Assembly (NCBI GenBank): GCA_010093815.1
Contig: ML996569.1
Source: Pseudovirgaria hyperparasitica
Lineage: Eukaryota
Reading direction: 5' to 3' (one strand)
Length of the DNA stretch: 64,000 nucleotides
The notes beneath the pieces were generated by a model. The model ran no database searches, was not told the origin of the DNA, and saw nothing but the letters and a program-made list of their open reading frames with translations. A program made the translations under genes and the position numbers. This document shows positions 63,233 to 64,000 of the stretch, in pieces. Positions within the stretch are counted from its first letter, which is position 1. Each line of letters starts with the position of its first letter.

Positions 63233-64000
63233 TCATGAAAACATATCCTCGGCCCTCTTCCTTGGACCTCCGCGCCCCTTCAACTTTTCCGCGAACAGAT
63301 CTTGACTGCCGGACTTCATTGGAAACAGTTCCCTCACCGCCCCTCCTGAATTTCCAGCGGCGCCCTTGATATAGAAACCATGTACACTGTCCTTCTGAGA
63401 AGCCCCTTTGATGCTTAAGCCCTGGTCGCTCGGTCCGTTGCTGAAGTCTGGTGCTCGGACTGGTGCATTGGAGCCCTTGAGGCGCCCCGATGCTGGGCTG
63501 TTGATTCTGTCAAATAAATCGCGCACCTTTTCGCCGTTTTCGGATGTCTCGTCATTAGCGTCGAAGGCATCTGATCGACGATGATTCCCGTGCACTAATT
63601 TGCCCGGAAACAGCTCTTTCGCCTTCTTGCTAGAGCTAACTGCTCTTTCTGGGAATAGCTCGATCCCGCCATTCGCATCAGCTCGCTGAGGGGTACCAGT
63701 CAGCACGGTAGGTCGGCCATGCAATGGTGCGAGTAAGTCAGTATCCTGCCCGTGCCGCCGTGAGGCCGCTGGAGGCGTTAGGCTCCGTCTTCGAATGCGA
63801 GATCGAATGAGCGTCTCCTCCACGAAGCCCAACCGACCATCGCCATCACGGCTCGGAGATGCGCTCCGATTGCGCAAGCGGCCATCCCCCCGTCCGGCGA
63901 TGCGGCTGGCGAAGAGGTCTCCAGCGCCTCTGCCGCGGTCAAATCGTACACGTTTGCGCTGACGGTCGTCACTGGAGTCGAACGAACGCGTGCGGGAACG
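63233..64000 (-). CDS. C-terminal part of an Arg-rich protein, probably NCBP3 (DUF2414)-like; 5' end outside the window
   Basis: The frame is open from the window edge, with repeated ELFP/DLF motifs, RNRSASP and the ending KGRGGPRKRAEDMFS*. The diagnostic domain is not in the window. Confidence 0.55.
   Translation of the reverse strand, partial: RSRTRSFDSSDDRQRKRVRFDRGRGAGDLFASRIAGRGDGRLRNRSASPSRDGDGRLGFVEETLIRSRIRRRSLTPPAASRRHGQDTDLLAPLHGRPTVLTGTPQRADANGGIELFPERAVSSSKKAKELFPGKLVHGNHRRSDAFDANDETSENGEKVRDLFDRINSPASGRLKGSNAPVRAPDFSNGPSDQGLSIKGASQKDSVHGFYIKGAAGNSGGAVRELFPMKSGSQDLFAEKLKGRGGPRKRAEDMFS

Overview
Intron-containing filamentous ascomycete (Pezizomycotina) nuclear DNA with GT-AG introns and CTRAC branch points, holding about 24 protein-coding genes. 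The left block (1-27.5 kb) is conserved: a DENN-domain protein (partial), CENP-N/Chl4, the sulfur regulator bZIP CYS-3/MetR, a flavocytochrome b2-like enzyme ending in -AKL, Tctex-1, VTC1, shugoshin head-to-head with DAD2, and Pbp1/ataxin-2. The middle (28-46 kb) looks accessory: an aldo-keto reductase beside a Zn2Cys6 regulator, a 704-bp hAT-type non-autonomous transposon carrying phased TCACGTGA arrays, a Cys-containing effector-like gene with an out-of-frame signal peptide, a compact GC-rich multi-helix ncRNA candidate, PNGase A and gene relics. The right block is conserved again: PCT1, SOK1, endosulfine/IGO1, MYG1, ICE2 and a partial NCBP3-like gene. The most intriguing signal is the 404-nt cys-3/metR intron, which contains several long, mutually exclusive complementary segments (a switch-like RNA architecture). 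The unassigned structured element at about 38.0-38.25 kb comes next. Gene identities come from motif recognition only, and all base-pairings were found by eye; no searches or folding programs were run.
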